From the NCBI GenBank assembly GCA_965261395.1, contig OZ253462.1, forward strand, positions 6,336,001-6,400,000: 64,000 nucleotides of DNA. The letters are read 5' to 3'. This DNA comes from Candidatus Latescibacterota bacterium (GTDB taxonomy: Bacteria; Latescibacterota; UBA2968; UBA8231). Position 1 is the first letter of the stretch. Each line of letters starts with the position of its first letter. The notes beneath the pieces were generated by a model. The model was not told where the DNA came from. It did not search any database and saw only the letters and a list, made by a program, of their open reading frames with translations. The position numbers and the translations under genes are program-made. This document shows, piece by piece, positions 18,678-28,031 of the stretch.

Positions 18678-21140
18678 GTGAAGCACAACACTTCATCTTT
18701 CTTCGCGTTAGTTTTTTCAAGTATTCTAGCGCTATCTCCAGCCGCTGTCTCCGCGGACACCGCACCTGCAGCGCGCAGCACAACAGCGCTGCGAATCGCG
18801 CCACACCACCTCAAGCCGCCCAAGATCGACGGTCGCCTCGACGACGCTGTCTGGCAGCAGGCCCCTTTTGCTTCTGACTTTCTCCAACTGGATCCGGTCG
18901 AGGGCGAAGCGGCCAGCGAAAAGACGACCGTGCAGGTCGCCTACGACGAAGAGGGACTCTACGTCGGCATTCGCTGTTACGACAGCGATCCCGCCGGCAT
19001 TGTATCGCGGCTGACGCGGCGCGACGGCGAGACAGAAGCCGACTGGGTGTCGATCAGTCTCGATCCGCATCTCGACCGCCAGACCGGGCGCTTTTTTACG
19101 GTCTATGCCTCGGGTTCGGTCATCGACGGTATCTATGCCGACGACCGGAACAAGGACGAGACCTGGAACGGCGTGTGGGAGGTAGAAACCGCGATCGATG
19201 CTGAAGGATGGAGCGCCGAGTTGCACATACCCTATTACGTGTTGCGCTTTAGTCCGCAGGACGAATACACATGGGGCCTGAACGTCGAGCGCCATATCAG
19301 CCGCAAACAGGAGCAGACCCATTGGAACCTGATGCGCAAACAAGAACCCGGTCTGGTCTCCCAATTCGGCTATCTAGAGGGCATCCGCGCTATAGACCCA
19401 CCGCTGCATCTGGAGTACATGCCCTATGCTATGGGACGCACGATCGTCGACGGCGGTGCGGATTATTTTGGCAACGCCGGAGTCGATATCCGCTATGGCA
19501 TTACCTCAAGCCTGTCGCTCAATGCCACGGTCAATCCCGACTTCGGCCAAGTTGAGGCCGATCCGGCTCAGCTCAACCTGACGGCTTTCGAGGATTTCTT
19601 TGCAGAGCAACGCCCCTTCTTCGTCGAGGGAGCGTCGATTTTCCAGACGGCCGGCGACTTCGGGGGAGGGCCGAGGCTCCGCACCGGCGATTACGACCTG
19701 TTCTACTCGCGGCGCATTGGCCGTACGCCGGGATATTTCTCCCTGCCCGACGACGCGGTGGAGTGGGACCGGCCAGAGGCCACGACGATCCTAGGGGCGC
19801 TCAAGCTGACGGGCAAGACCGCCGGCAAGACCGCCTTCGGCCTGCTCCAAGCGGTCACCGCACCCGAATACGCCCATATCGGCGCGGCGGCGCGGGAAGA
19901 ATTCCGCGTCGAGCCACTAACCAATTATCTAGTAGGCCGCCTGCGCCAAGACGTACTCGACGGCACTTCGGGCGTAGGGCTTTTCGCCAGTTCGGTGAAT
20001 CGCCGCGACGGGCACAGCGCCTATGTCGGCGCAATGGATTGGGACTTGAAGTTCCGCAGGGACACCTACAATCTCACCGGCACCCTAGCGACCAGCCACG
20101 CCGGCGCGCTGGCCGACCGCAAGAGCGGTTATATCGCCCAAGTCGAGTTCGACAAGCGCGGTGGGTGGGTGGAAACCGAAGCAGGTTTTACCGCGCTGTC
20201 GCCCGACGTAGACATCAACGACCTCGGCTTTTTGCGGCGGGGCGATCTGCTCCAGAGCCAGGGGCAGGTACAGTTTTTCCGCTATACACCGATGGGGTCG
20301 TTTAGGGAATTCGACGTCCGCCTGCAAGGCGGGGCACAGTGGAACTACGACCGCTTGCTGCTAAATCACAGCTACAACCTTTCCAACTGGGGGGATTTAC
20401 GCAACTACTGGCGCGTACACCTGCACTTTGGCCGCGAGCTGGCGGCGATGGACGACGACGATGTGCGGCGCGGCGGGCCGATCATTAAGCGTCTAGCGGA
20501 GGCCTGGGTCCACGCCCGCATCGAGACCGACCCGCGCAAGGCGCTCAGTTTCTACCTGCATCCCGATTGGCGTCGCCACGACAGCGGGCGCTCCTACATG
20601 CGCGGTCTGCGCTCGGGCGTGGAGTGGCGGCCTCTGCCCAGCGTGCAACTCTCGATGGAGCCTCGCTACGAGCACAGGGTCACCGACGCCCAGTGGGTGG
20701 AGGCGATCACTGGGGCCGACGGCATCCACTACGTGTACGGAGAATTGGACAACCGCACCCTCGATTTGACTACGCGCGCCGAACTAAGCTTTGCGCCGGG
20801 TCTGAGCTTAGAACTGTACCTCCAGCCTTTTATTGCCATCGGCAATTTCGGTGAGTTCAAGGAACTAAACGCGCCGCAGAGCTATGATTTCAGCCCCTAT
20901 GTGCTAAACGAGAACCGCGACTTCCACCGGCGCTCGCTCAAGAGCAACCTAGTGCTGCGCTGGGAGTTTTCGCCCGGCAGCGCGCTCTTCGTCGTCTGGT
21001 CGCAATCGCGCAGTGCCAGCCTCGACGATCCGACCTCCGACGATTTGGAATTTCGTCCCTTGAGCCGAGTTGGCAGCAGTTTCTCCGACGATGGAGATAA
21101 TGTGTTGCTCATAAAGGCCAGCTACTGGGTCGGTAGGTGA
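18678..21140 (+). CDS. CBM9-like / DUF5916 outer-membrane protein
   Basis: Signal peptide; IDGRLDDAVW, NPDFGQVEAD, EQRPFFVEG and LFYSRRIG motifs; C-terminal KASYW. Confidence 0.85.
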   Translation: MKHNTSSFFALVFSSILALSPAAVSADTAPAARSTTALRIAPHHLKPPKIDGRLDDAVWQQAPFASDFLQLDPVEGEAASEKTTVQVAYDEEGLYVGIRCYDSDPAGIVSRLTRRDGETEADWVSISLDPHLDRQTGRFFTVYASGSVIDGIYADDRNKDETWNGVWEVETAIDAEGWSAELHIPYYVLRFSPQDEYTWGLNVERHISRKQEQTHWNLMRKQEPGLVSQFGYLEGIRAIDPPLHLEYMPYAMGRTIVDGGADYFGNAGVDIRYGITSSLSLNATVNPDFGQVEADPAQLNLTAFEDFFAEQRPFFVEGASIFQTAGDFGGGPRLRTGDYDLFYSRRIGRTPGYFSLPDDAVEWDRPEATTILGALKLTGKTAGKTAFGLLQAVTAPEYAHIGAAAREEFRVEPLTNYLVGRLRQDVLDGTSGVGLFASSVNRRDGHSAYVGAMDWDLKFRRDTYNLTGTLATSHAGALADRKSGYIAQVEFDKRGGWVETEAGFTALSPDVDINDLGFLRRGDLLQSQGQVQFFRYTPMGSFREFDVRLQGGAQWNYDRLLLNHSYNLSNWGDLRNYWRVHLHFGRELAAMDDDDVRRGGPIIKRLAEAWVHARIETDPRKALSFYLHPDWRRHDSGRSYMRGLRSGVEWRPLPSVQLSMEPRYEHRVTDAQWVEAITGADGIHYVYGELDNRTLDLTTRAELSFAPGLSLELYLQPFIAIGNFGEFKELNAPQSYDFSPYVLNENRDFHRRSLKSNLVLRWEFSPGSALFVVWSQSRSASLDDPTSDDLEFRPLSRVGSSFSDDGDNVLLIKASYWVGR

Positions 21141-21188
21141 GAATCGAGAGAGACATTCTATCGCCGCCCCGCGCAAAAGTTTGCAACC

Positions 21189-21650
21189 ATGACTGTCGAT
21201 AGTAAAAGAGACGGTGGAGCCATTTCCTTGCGGCGGGGCATCCTGCTGATCTTTGTCCTAGGAACCGTAGGGCTAGGCACCGAATTGCTGCTACTCGGAC
21301 ATTTTGAAGAATGGCGTCAACAGGTACCCTTGGTATTGTTGGCGCTTGGGTTAATCTTGTTGGCGGCGCGGATGCTCTACCGGGGCGCGATTATCCTGCG
21401 CCTGTTCCGCTTGACTATGCTGGCTTTCGTCTTAGGCGGCATGGTAGGCCTTTGGTTTCATCTTAGTGCCAATATGGAGTTTGAATTGGAGATGTACCCG
21501 ACGCTGAGCGGGTTGAAACTACTGTCTAAGGCGTTGGGCGGCGCTATGCCGGCGTTGGCACCTGGGGCGCTGGTCCAGCTAGGACTGGTTGGGTTCCTTT
21601 ACACGTACCAACACCCGGCGCTGAGCCGAGAGCAAACAAAGGAGCATTAA
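21189..21650 (+). CDS. Four-TM membrane protein of unknown function
   Basis: Hydrophobic segments; ELLLLGHFEE, GLWFH and PALAPG motifs. Confidence 0.75.
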   Translation: MTVDSKRDGGAISLRRGILLIFVLGTVGLGTELLLLGHFEEWRQQVPLVLLALGLILLAARMLYRGAIILRLFRLTMLAFVLGGMVGLWFHLSANMEFELEMYPTLSGLKLLSKALGGAMPALAPGALVQLGLVGFLYTYQHPALSREQTKEH

Positions 21651-21653
21651 TCA

Positions 21654-22286
21654 ATGCAGCGAGTCATTTTAGCCGTGGTTTTAGCCGTCTGCCTCTATGG
21701 CAGCAGTGCCCAAGGACAGGTGGGTAAAAACGAAACGGTTCTCAATCCCAACCGAGCTGGCACCGAACAACTGTTGACCCTAGCGCAACTCGATTCGGCG
21801 TTGGTCGAGAGGATTGTGGCGCGGCGGCCTTTTATCGGCATGGAAGCGTTCGACGCCTATTTGGATTCGACCTTGGCGGACTCGGTCCAGGCCGAACTGT
21901 ATGTCAAGCTCTTCCTGCCGATCAACCTCAATACCGCCAGCGACGCCGAAATGAAACTGGTGCCGGGAGTAGGCAAGCGCATGGCGCACGAGTTTGACGA
22001 ATACCGACCCTACAAGAGCATGGACCAGTGGCGACGAGAAATCGGCAAATACGTCGATGACGACGAACTGGCGCGACTAGAGCAGTACGTCTTCGTGCCG
22101 CTCGAACTCAATAGGGCCAGCGAGGCAGACTTCCTCACGATCCCAGGGGTTGGCAAGCGCATGGCGCACGAGTTTGACGAATACCGACCCTACAAGAGCA
22201 TGGCCCAATGGCGACGAGAAATCGGTAAATACGTCGATGACGACGAACTGGCGCGACTGGAACGGTATGTGTTTCTTGAGGAATAA
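21654..22286 (+). CDS. Secreted helix-hairpin-helix repeat protein (ComEA/PsbU-like fold)
   Basis: Signal peptide; repeated NLNTAS...VPGVGKRMAHEFDEYRPY units. Confidence 0.82.
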   Translation: MQRVILAVVLAVCLYGSSAQGQVGKNETVLNPNRAGTEQLLTLAQLDSALVERIVARRPFIGMEAFDAYLDSTLADSVQAELYVKLFLPINLNTASDAEMKLVPGVGKRMAHEFDEYRPYKSMDQWRREIGKYVDDDELARLEQYVFVPLELNRASEADFLTIPGVGKRMAHEFDEYRPYKSMAQWRREIGKYVDDDELARLERYVFLEE

Positions 22287-22303
22287 GCCCTAGGCTTCTA
22301 TCC

Positions 22304-22882
22304 ATGACCAAAACCGACCGCAAAAAACAAATCATCGAGCAGGCGGCCCGCCTCTTCGCGTCCAAGCGCTTCGACGAAGTGCTGATGGACGACATCGCCC
22401 AGCAAGCCGGCGTCGGCAAGGGGACGATCTACACGTACTTTGCCGACAAGGAGGGACTCTACTTCGCGGTGGTCTTCGACGGCATCTCCCGCCTCAACGA
22501 GAAGCTCCAATCGCACACCGACCGCCAACAGGATCCCGAAGAGGAACTCCGCCGGATGGTCCACGCCATCGTCTCCTTCTTCAGCCAGAACCGCTTCTTC
22601 TTCCGCCTGATGTCGCAGGAGGACGGCAAGAGCGAGGACGGCAGGGGCGAAAACCGCAAGCGCTGGCGTGAAGAACGGCACATCCAGTTCGCAGCGATCG
22701 AGACGGTCCTGCAAAAAGGTGCTGAAGAGGGTGTCTTCTCCGTCGAACACCCGGAGGTCGAAGCCGCTATCCTCCGCGACATGGTGCGCTCGGTGATGAT
22801 CCACGCGAGGGGCATGGGCGTCGAGGCGATGGTCGATACCATCATGCGGATCTTCCTCCAAGGCGTGCGCAAGATGCCCTGA
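22304..22882 (+). CDS. TetR/AcrR family transcriptional regulator
   Basis: DDIAQQAGVGKGTIYTYFADKEGL HTH. Confidence 0.93.
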   Translation: MTKTDRKKQIIEQAARLFASKRFDEVLMDDIAQQAGVGKGTIYTYFADKEGLYFAVVFDGISRLNEKLQSHTDRQQDPEEELRRMVHAIVSFFSQNRFFFRLMSQEDGKSEDGRGENRKRWREERHIQFAAIETVLQKGAEEGVFSVEHPEVEAAILRDMVRSVMIHARGMGVEAMVDTIMRIFLQGVRKMP

Positions 22883-22945
22883 GCGACGCTCGCTTATCTA
22901 TGTATATTACCACACAAACGTCTCTCGGCTAAAGGACTTTCTGGT

Positions 22946-23653
22946 ATGGGATTTATCGCAATAGATGATATACGTTCAATGCCCTGTTACAGCTTTCCCG
23001 AAGTTGCTCACTACCTGCGCATTCCCGTGACTACTCTTCGCTCTTGGGTGCGAGGCCGCAAGTATCCTACTAGCGAGGGAGACCAGTTCTTCCAGCCTGT
23101 GATCGAGCTGCCAGACGATAGCCAGAATCTTCTATCCTTTATCAATCTGGTCGAAATTCACGTGCTTGATGCCATTCGCCGCGACCATCGCATATCACTG
23201 CACAAAGTCAGAACTGCTATCGATTTTATCAAAGAAGAGCTAACGTCTGATCACCCTCTCGCATATCACAAGCTCGAAACCGACGGCTTGGACCTTTTTG
23301 TCGAGGAATACGGTCAGCTCATAAATGTTTCTCAGGCTGGGCAACTGGTACTTCGGGACCTGTTGCAGGCGCATCTGCGGCGCATTGATAGGGATTCGGC
23401 TGGTTATGCCCTGAGGCTATACCCTTTCACGCGCAAGCGCCTACAACTTATAGAAGAGCCCAAAGCAATCGTCATTGACCCTCGCATATCTTTTGGTCGC
23501 CCGGTGCTAGCAGGCACTGGGATTCCTACAGCTATTATTGCCGAACGCTACAAGGCTGGGGAGGCAATCGGTGCATTAGCGGACGACTATGGCCGCCCGA
23601 CGCTCGAGATCGAAGAAGCGATCCGCTGTGAGTTATACACCCGAGCAGCCTGA
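22946..23653 (+). CDS. DUF433 / HTH antitoxin (VapB45-like)
   Basis: N-terminal HTH, LSFINLVE, IDPRISFGRPVL...LADDY DUF433 motif. Confidence 0.85.
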   Translation: MGFIAIDDIRSMPCYSFPEVAHYLRIPVTTLRSWVRGRKYPTSEGDQFFQPVIELPDDSQNLLSFINLVEIHVLDAIRRDHRISLHKVRTAIDFIKEELTSDHPLAYHKLETDGLDLFVEEYGQLINVSQAGQLVLRDLLQAHLRRIDRDSAGYALRLYPFTRKRLQLIEEPKAIVIDPRISFGRPVLAGTGIPTAIIAERYKAGEAIGALADDYGRPTLEIEEAIRCELYTRAA

Positions 23654-23750
23654 TCCACTTGTTTTCTTTATCGACCGTTCTCTAGGGAAGAAGACGATTG
23701 CCGATGCCCTCAAGCAAGAGGGCGCTATAATCTTGGGGATCACCCCTTAG
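23628..23750 (+). pseudogene. Truncated PIN-like toxin (VapC45-like)
   Basis: GTG start overlaps the antitoxin end; ...PLVFFIDRSLGKKTIADALKQEG then a stop after 40 aa. Confidence 0.7.
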
Positions 23751-24047
23751 ACGGCCTGCGTCCCGACATCTAAGCCGCGTTTTAACCTAGACCACTGCCC
23801 GCAGCCAAAACTTGACGGGACCTGTTGTCCCTTCTGCCTTCTCCGTGCCGACATCAACCGCGCAATAGTCGTCACCCTCGGTGGCCATTGCGCCCCTAGG
23901 GAGTACCGAAAAGCGGGTTGAACGGAGCGGAATACGCCCACTTGCAAAGATTCCGAGCCTAGAATACGATGAAATCAAGACCTTTCACGGCTCCGTACTG
24001 TGCAGTGCGGGACCTGATCTCTAACCCTACACTAGGAGGAATTCCTT

Positions 24048-25568
24048 ATGACCGTGCTTCTCGTTGTACTCGCGCTGACGTTGGCCGCTTGTAGCAGTCA
24101 AGAAAGCATCACCGCGCCCGTCCAAACACACCCACAGGCGGCCAAGTCGGGAGAAGCGGCTCTATCAGAAGGGTCAGCGGCTACGGATCGGGCCACGCTG
24201 GTGGATCTCTATGAGACGACTACCAGCAGCGACTTCGGCTGGGATAATTGGCTTTGCAAGGGTTCCCTAGACCTTTGGGCCGGCGTTACTACGGATGAAA
24301 ACGGCCGCGTTAGGGGTCTCGACCTCAGCGACAACGAATTGCGCGGATTTATACCGCCCGAATTGGCCCAACTCGACAATCTGCAACACCTCGACCTCAG
24401 CGATAACGAATTGCGCGGATTTATACCGCTTGAGTTTGGGCAACTCGACAACCTACAATACCTCGACCTCAGCGATAACGAACTGCGCGGCGAGATATCC
24501 CTCGAACTAGGCAAACTCGACAATCTGCAATATCTCAATCTCTTCTATAACGAGTTATGCGGGCCGATTCCGCCTGAGTTGGGCAACCTCGGCAGCTTGC
24601 AATACCTAAGCTTCCAAGCCAACCAGTTGAGCGGGCCGATACCCCCCGAACTGGGCAAGCTCAAAAATCTGCAAATCCTCAACCTCTTCGGCAGCGGGGT
24701 AAGCGGACCGATTCCGCCCGAGTTGGGCAACCTCAGCAGCCTGCAACGTCTCGACCTCCTAAGAAACCAGTTGAGCGGGCCGATACCCCCCGAACTGGGC
24801 AACCTCAGCAGCCTGCAAGACTTGGAACTCAGCGAAAACCAGTTGAGCGGGCCGATACCCCCCGAACTAGGCAAGCTCGACAGCCTGCAATACCTAGACC
24901 TCAGCAGTAATCAGTTGAGCGGGCCGATACCCCCCGAGTTGGGCAACCTCAGCAGCCTGCAACGTCTCGACCTCAGCGGGAACCAATTGAGCGGGCCGAT
25001 ACCCCCCGAGTTGGCCCAACTCGACAGCCTGCAATACCTTGGCCTCAGCGGGAACCAGTTCAGCGGCTGCATACCGCCAGCCTTGTTTGACGTAGAACAT
25101 CATAGTTTGATCGGAACGGGGCTGTTCGCGTGTTTCGACGACACTGACATCGACCTCGTCACCTTATACGCCGCGATGGTTCCCAGTTTTGAACAAGGCT
25201 TCTTCGTGACGCTGAATCCCGCTGAACGGCCTCCCAATGATGTGATCGGCTGGATTGGAGGGCCGGGCGGTGGCGCTGTGGAAATTACAAGCAACAACTG
25301 GACATTTCAGGATTATTCGCCTGATGGCGAACTGAGAATCAACGGCACCTTAAGCGTCGGGATAGACCGGATGTCGATGTCGACTCCATTGACCGGGACA
25401 GTTGCCCTTACCCCGTCTGGATCAAATCCCGTCAAGCCCGTCGAGTTGATATTCAATATGGCACTTTCGCTTGGGGACGAAGGCTTTTCTTTTACCGGGA
25501 CGCTAACCATCAACGGCGCAGAATTTGACGTCGCGGAACTCTCGGCTGCTGTCGAGGCTGCTGGCTAG
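24048..25568 (+). CDS. Lipoprotein with plant-type 24-residue leucine-rich repeats and a non-LRR C-terminal domain
   Basis: Lipobox LAAC; N-cap DRATLVDLY...W.GVT; about 11 LxxLxLxxNxLSGPIPPELGxL repeats with 72-bp DNA periodicity. Confidence 0.92.
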   Translation: MTVLLVVLALTLAACSSQESITAPVQTHPQAAKSGEAALSEGSAATDRATLVDLYETTTSSDFGWDNWLCKGSLDLWAGVTTDENGRVRGLDLSDNELRGFIPPELAQLDNLQHLDLSDNELRGFIPLEFGQLDNLQYLDLSDNELRGEISLELGKLDNLQYLNLFYNELCGPIPPELGNLGSLQYLSFQANQLSGPIPPELGKLKNLQILNLFGSGVSGPIPPELGNLSSLQRLDLLRNQLSGPIPPELGNLSSLQDLELSENQLSGPIPPELGKLDSLQYLDLSSNQLSGPIPPELGNLSSLQRLDLSGNQLSGPIPPELAQLDSLQYLGLSGNQFSGCIPPALFDVEHHSLIGTGLFACFDDTDIDLVTLYAAMVPSFEQGFFVTLNPAERPPNDVIGWIGGPGGGAVEITSNNWTFQDYSPDGELRINGTLSVGIDRMSMSTPLTGTVALTPSGSNPVKPVELIFNMALSLGDEGFSFTGTLTINGAEFDVAELSAAVEAAG

Positions 25569-25574
25569 TAGGCC

Positions 25575-25721
25575 GTGCCGTTTTGGTGTTTGGTCGTGGC
25601 TCTATCCTTGTGCTGGGGCTGCGACCGCGGTCTCGATGCCGAGGTCGCCGAGCAGGCCGGAATCGCCGGTCGGCTGCACTCTGTCGGCGAGTGGCCCCGC
25701 GTAGGGGAAGTGGCCGTCTAG
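25575..25721 (+). pseudogene. Probable truncated lipoprotein gene
   Basis: MPFWCLVVALSLCWGCDRGLDAEVAEQAGIAG... stops after 48 aa, just before the lower-GC insert. Confidence 0.4.
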
Positions 25722-26085
25722 CGCGAAGCGGGCGGCAAGGGCATGAAATCTGGGCGAGAGTACCAGAATCTGACGGGGCTAGTTGGCCCTTCTATCCTCA
25801 GTAGTGTATCCGTTTGAAATTTAAGGGGTATCCCATATAGAGAGGGAGATGTGCGGCGTCAACGGCGTCTACGTATCTTGGACTTGATCCACAGATAGAG
25901 CACGATAATCAAGATGAGGAAAAACAGTTTTTCCTCTACTGTGTCAAATAAACCAAGCATAATTCCGTTTCCTTAGAGGACCCGACTGAAGCACGAGTTC
26001 TCCACGAGAATGTAAACGCCCCATTGTACGTATCGCATGGCAGGAAGGGACGCTGATGGTTCCAACTAGCCTACTACCCAAAATG

Positions 26086-26490
26086 TTAGCTCTCGAAGGT
26101 CTCTGGCCCTAGCCTAGGGACCCATTTAGCTTCCTTACTCAAGATGAGCCGAATTGCGGTTTCGTCACCGGATACAGAACTATGGGCGCGGTTATCAGGC
26201 TCAGGAGTATGGTCTACCTTGTGGCCATCAGCCCGTATAGGAGACGCAATAAAATCAACTATACCATTATCTTCGGGCACCTTGGCTCGATTCCTAGTTT
26301 CTTCCGGCGTCGCATACTTTGACCAATCAACAGATAGGTCGCCTCCTTGGAATCTGAACACGCTGCTTGGCAACTTGCCTAGGGGAATTTCTGCGGCCCT
26401 CACCGTGGCCATGTATATATTTTTATGGACGCGATAGTACAATCGAGCTGTATCGGGGATTTCTTCTATACCGTAGTTACTGACTTGCAT
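26086..26490 (-). CDS. Hypothetical protein, possible ADP-ribosyltransferase/RES-like fold toxin
   Basis: LYYRVH...F...LSVDW...NRAHSSV motif spacing; start overlaps the upstream gene end. Confidence 0.6.
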   Translation of the reverse strand: MQVSNYGIEEIPDTARLYYRVHKNIYMATVRAAEIPLGKLPSSVFRFQGGDLSVDWSKYATPEETRNRAKVPEDNGIVDFIASPIRADGHKVDHTPEPDNRAHSSVSGDETAIRLILSKEAKWVPRLGPETFES

Positions 26491-27136
26491 GGCTCATCCA
26501 GCAAGAGATATATCCCGGTTTAGGATGGCTATCTCCACGGATGGAATGCCCGTACGTGTCCTTTCCGTAGTAAGTTACATTACCGTCAGAACAGAAGTTA
26601 ATCAAAAGGTCAAAGTGTTCTGTCTGCCACTGCAGATCTATGCTGCCTCCACTAAATGGAACTATCCATACCTGCTTTACTGCTCTCAATTCAGACTCCG
26701 CAACTAGCTCGAAGAGAAAATCGCGAATAGCATCCAGTGTTTGTTTTTCAAAGGCCGGCGATCCCTCCCCATCCCAATCCTCTCCGAGAGCTAATATCCG
26801 TTCGTCAGCTTCATCTACAATTTTGTCAATGGCTTGCCTGTTGGTAAGTTTTATATCCTCCGCCTTCATCATCAGAATGGGCAATTTCCGCGACTGGACA
26901 AAAATATCCAGCGCATCCCGCACTTGGTGGGGGTCGTCTTCTACGAGGAAGACAGGATGGGAAACGCCCCCTCCCTGATGTTGTGGTGGTACGCGATCAT
27001 CCTCTAAAAGGATGCCAGGACAAGAAATAAAGTCGCCTAGCGAACGGACGGGATCGTCTGAATCGGACGGTCCAAGCAACTCCTGTGTGGGAGAGGAGTA
27101 TATTCGATTTAGGATTTCTTTGACGTTTTCAGTCAT
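26477..27136 (-). CDS. Hypothetical protein with DWDGEG...P..GGSIDLQW domain
   Basis: 219-aa ORF with ATGA overlap to the upstream gene; low-complexity N-terminus and globular C-terminus. Confidence 0.7.
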   Translation of the reverse strand: MTENVKEILNRIYSSPTQELLGPSDSDDPVRSLGDFISCPGILLEDDRVPPQHQGGGVSHPVFLVEDDPHQVRDALDIFVQSRKLPILMMKAEDIKLTNRQAIDKIVDEADERILALGEDWDGEGSPAFEKQTLDAIRDFLFELVAESELRAVKQVWIVPFSGGSIDLQWQTEHFDLLINFCSDGNVTYYGKDTYGHSIRGDSHPKPGYISCWMSHASQ

Positions 27137-27804
27137 TTCAAAAGCCTATCTAGTAGGGAAATGAAGAACGTCTGCTTTTCTGGCCAATGGCTAACGGCTT
27201 CTCGAAGAGTCGGGGCATCCATCGGCTCACCATATTCAAAGGCACCGTTGACGACAACCAACTCTTCAGGTTCAGATTCTCCAGTTGGGTCTCTGTACTC
27301 TCCCACTCGAATCTCTGCTTGACACAGTGCATCAACGGCCTCGAAGAACAACGTTGGGATCGTAGCGAATACTTTAGGCTCGGATTCATCCCCTAGCCAA
27401 GAAGGCAGAAATCGTTGGGCAATCCACGAAGTCGGATTTTCCTGCTTGATAGAAGCGCTGTAGCAAAGTCTTAGAGTTCGATATGGAAGAGAGACGTTTG
27501 ACAAATAAGCTTCAGCCGGCTTATAGATCGGGTAGTCCTCTTGAAAGGGACCGCCAATATATTGACCGATCTGGAGGCTTTCGGGATCCATTCTCCATTG
27601 AACGCCATTCTCATATCGCAGAACCGACTCTGCCAAGGAGGTTCTTGCACTCTTGATAATCCAGCCAGCAGGGACAATCTGCTTGGAGGCGAGGAAATCT
27701 GGAGTAAAGGCCGAAGGGTTGTGAGAGTTCGCGGAGATTTCGACCGTAACAAAATGGAGCAGATAAGGACGGTCTTGGCTGGAACCTTCATTTTTCATCT
27801 GCAT
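27133..27804 (-). CDS. Hypothetical protein, TIGR04255-like
   Basis: HNPSAFTPDFL...IVP.GW...YENG motif resembles TIGR04255-related proteins (recalled, not searched). Confidence 0.6.
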   Translation of the reverse strand: MQMKNEGSSQDRPYLLHFVTVEISANSHNPSAFTPDFLASKQIVPAGWIIKSARTSLAESVLRYENGVQWRMDPESLQIGQYIGGPFQEDYPIYKPAEAYLSNVSLPYRTLRLCYSASIKQENPTSWIAQRFLPSWLGDESEPKVFATIPTLFFEAVDALCQAEIRVGEYRDPTGESEPEELVVVNGAFEYGEPMDAPTLREAVSHWPEKQTFFISLLDRLLK

Positions 27805-28031
27805 TGAGTCCCGGGTCGCTTAGGTTTTCTTGGGTAGTTTTTGGCAGAATATGAACCGAATGACGATCATTGCGCGGTCAATGTTGGCTATTATTCAAGG
27901 TAGAAGTCTCCCCAGCCACGTCAAGGCTGACCGAACAGCCTCTTGTTTTCGACCTTTCCGGGGTGGAACCGCCCTGCGCCTCATTGCGGCGGATAGCCCC
28001 ATAGCCTCCGCGTCGGCACTCCATAAACCCC

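Noticed and set aside
23750-24040. Possible riboswitch or ncRNA upstream of the LRR gene
   Set aside because: A few short hairpins are present but I recognise no conserved RNA motif; an Rfam/Infernal search would be needed.
24320-25070. 72-bp periodic repeats as CRISPR or a non-coding array
   Set aside because: Fully explained by the LRR coding repeats.
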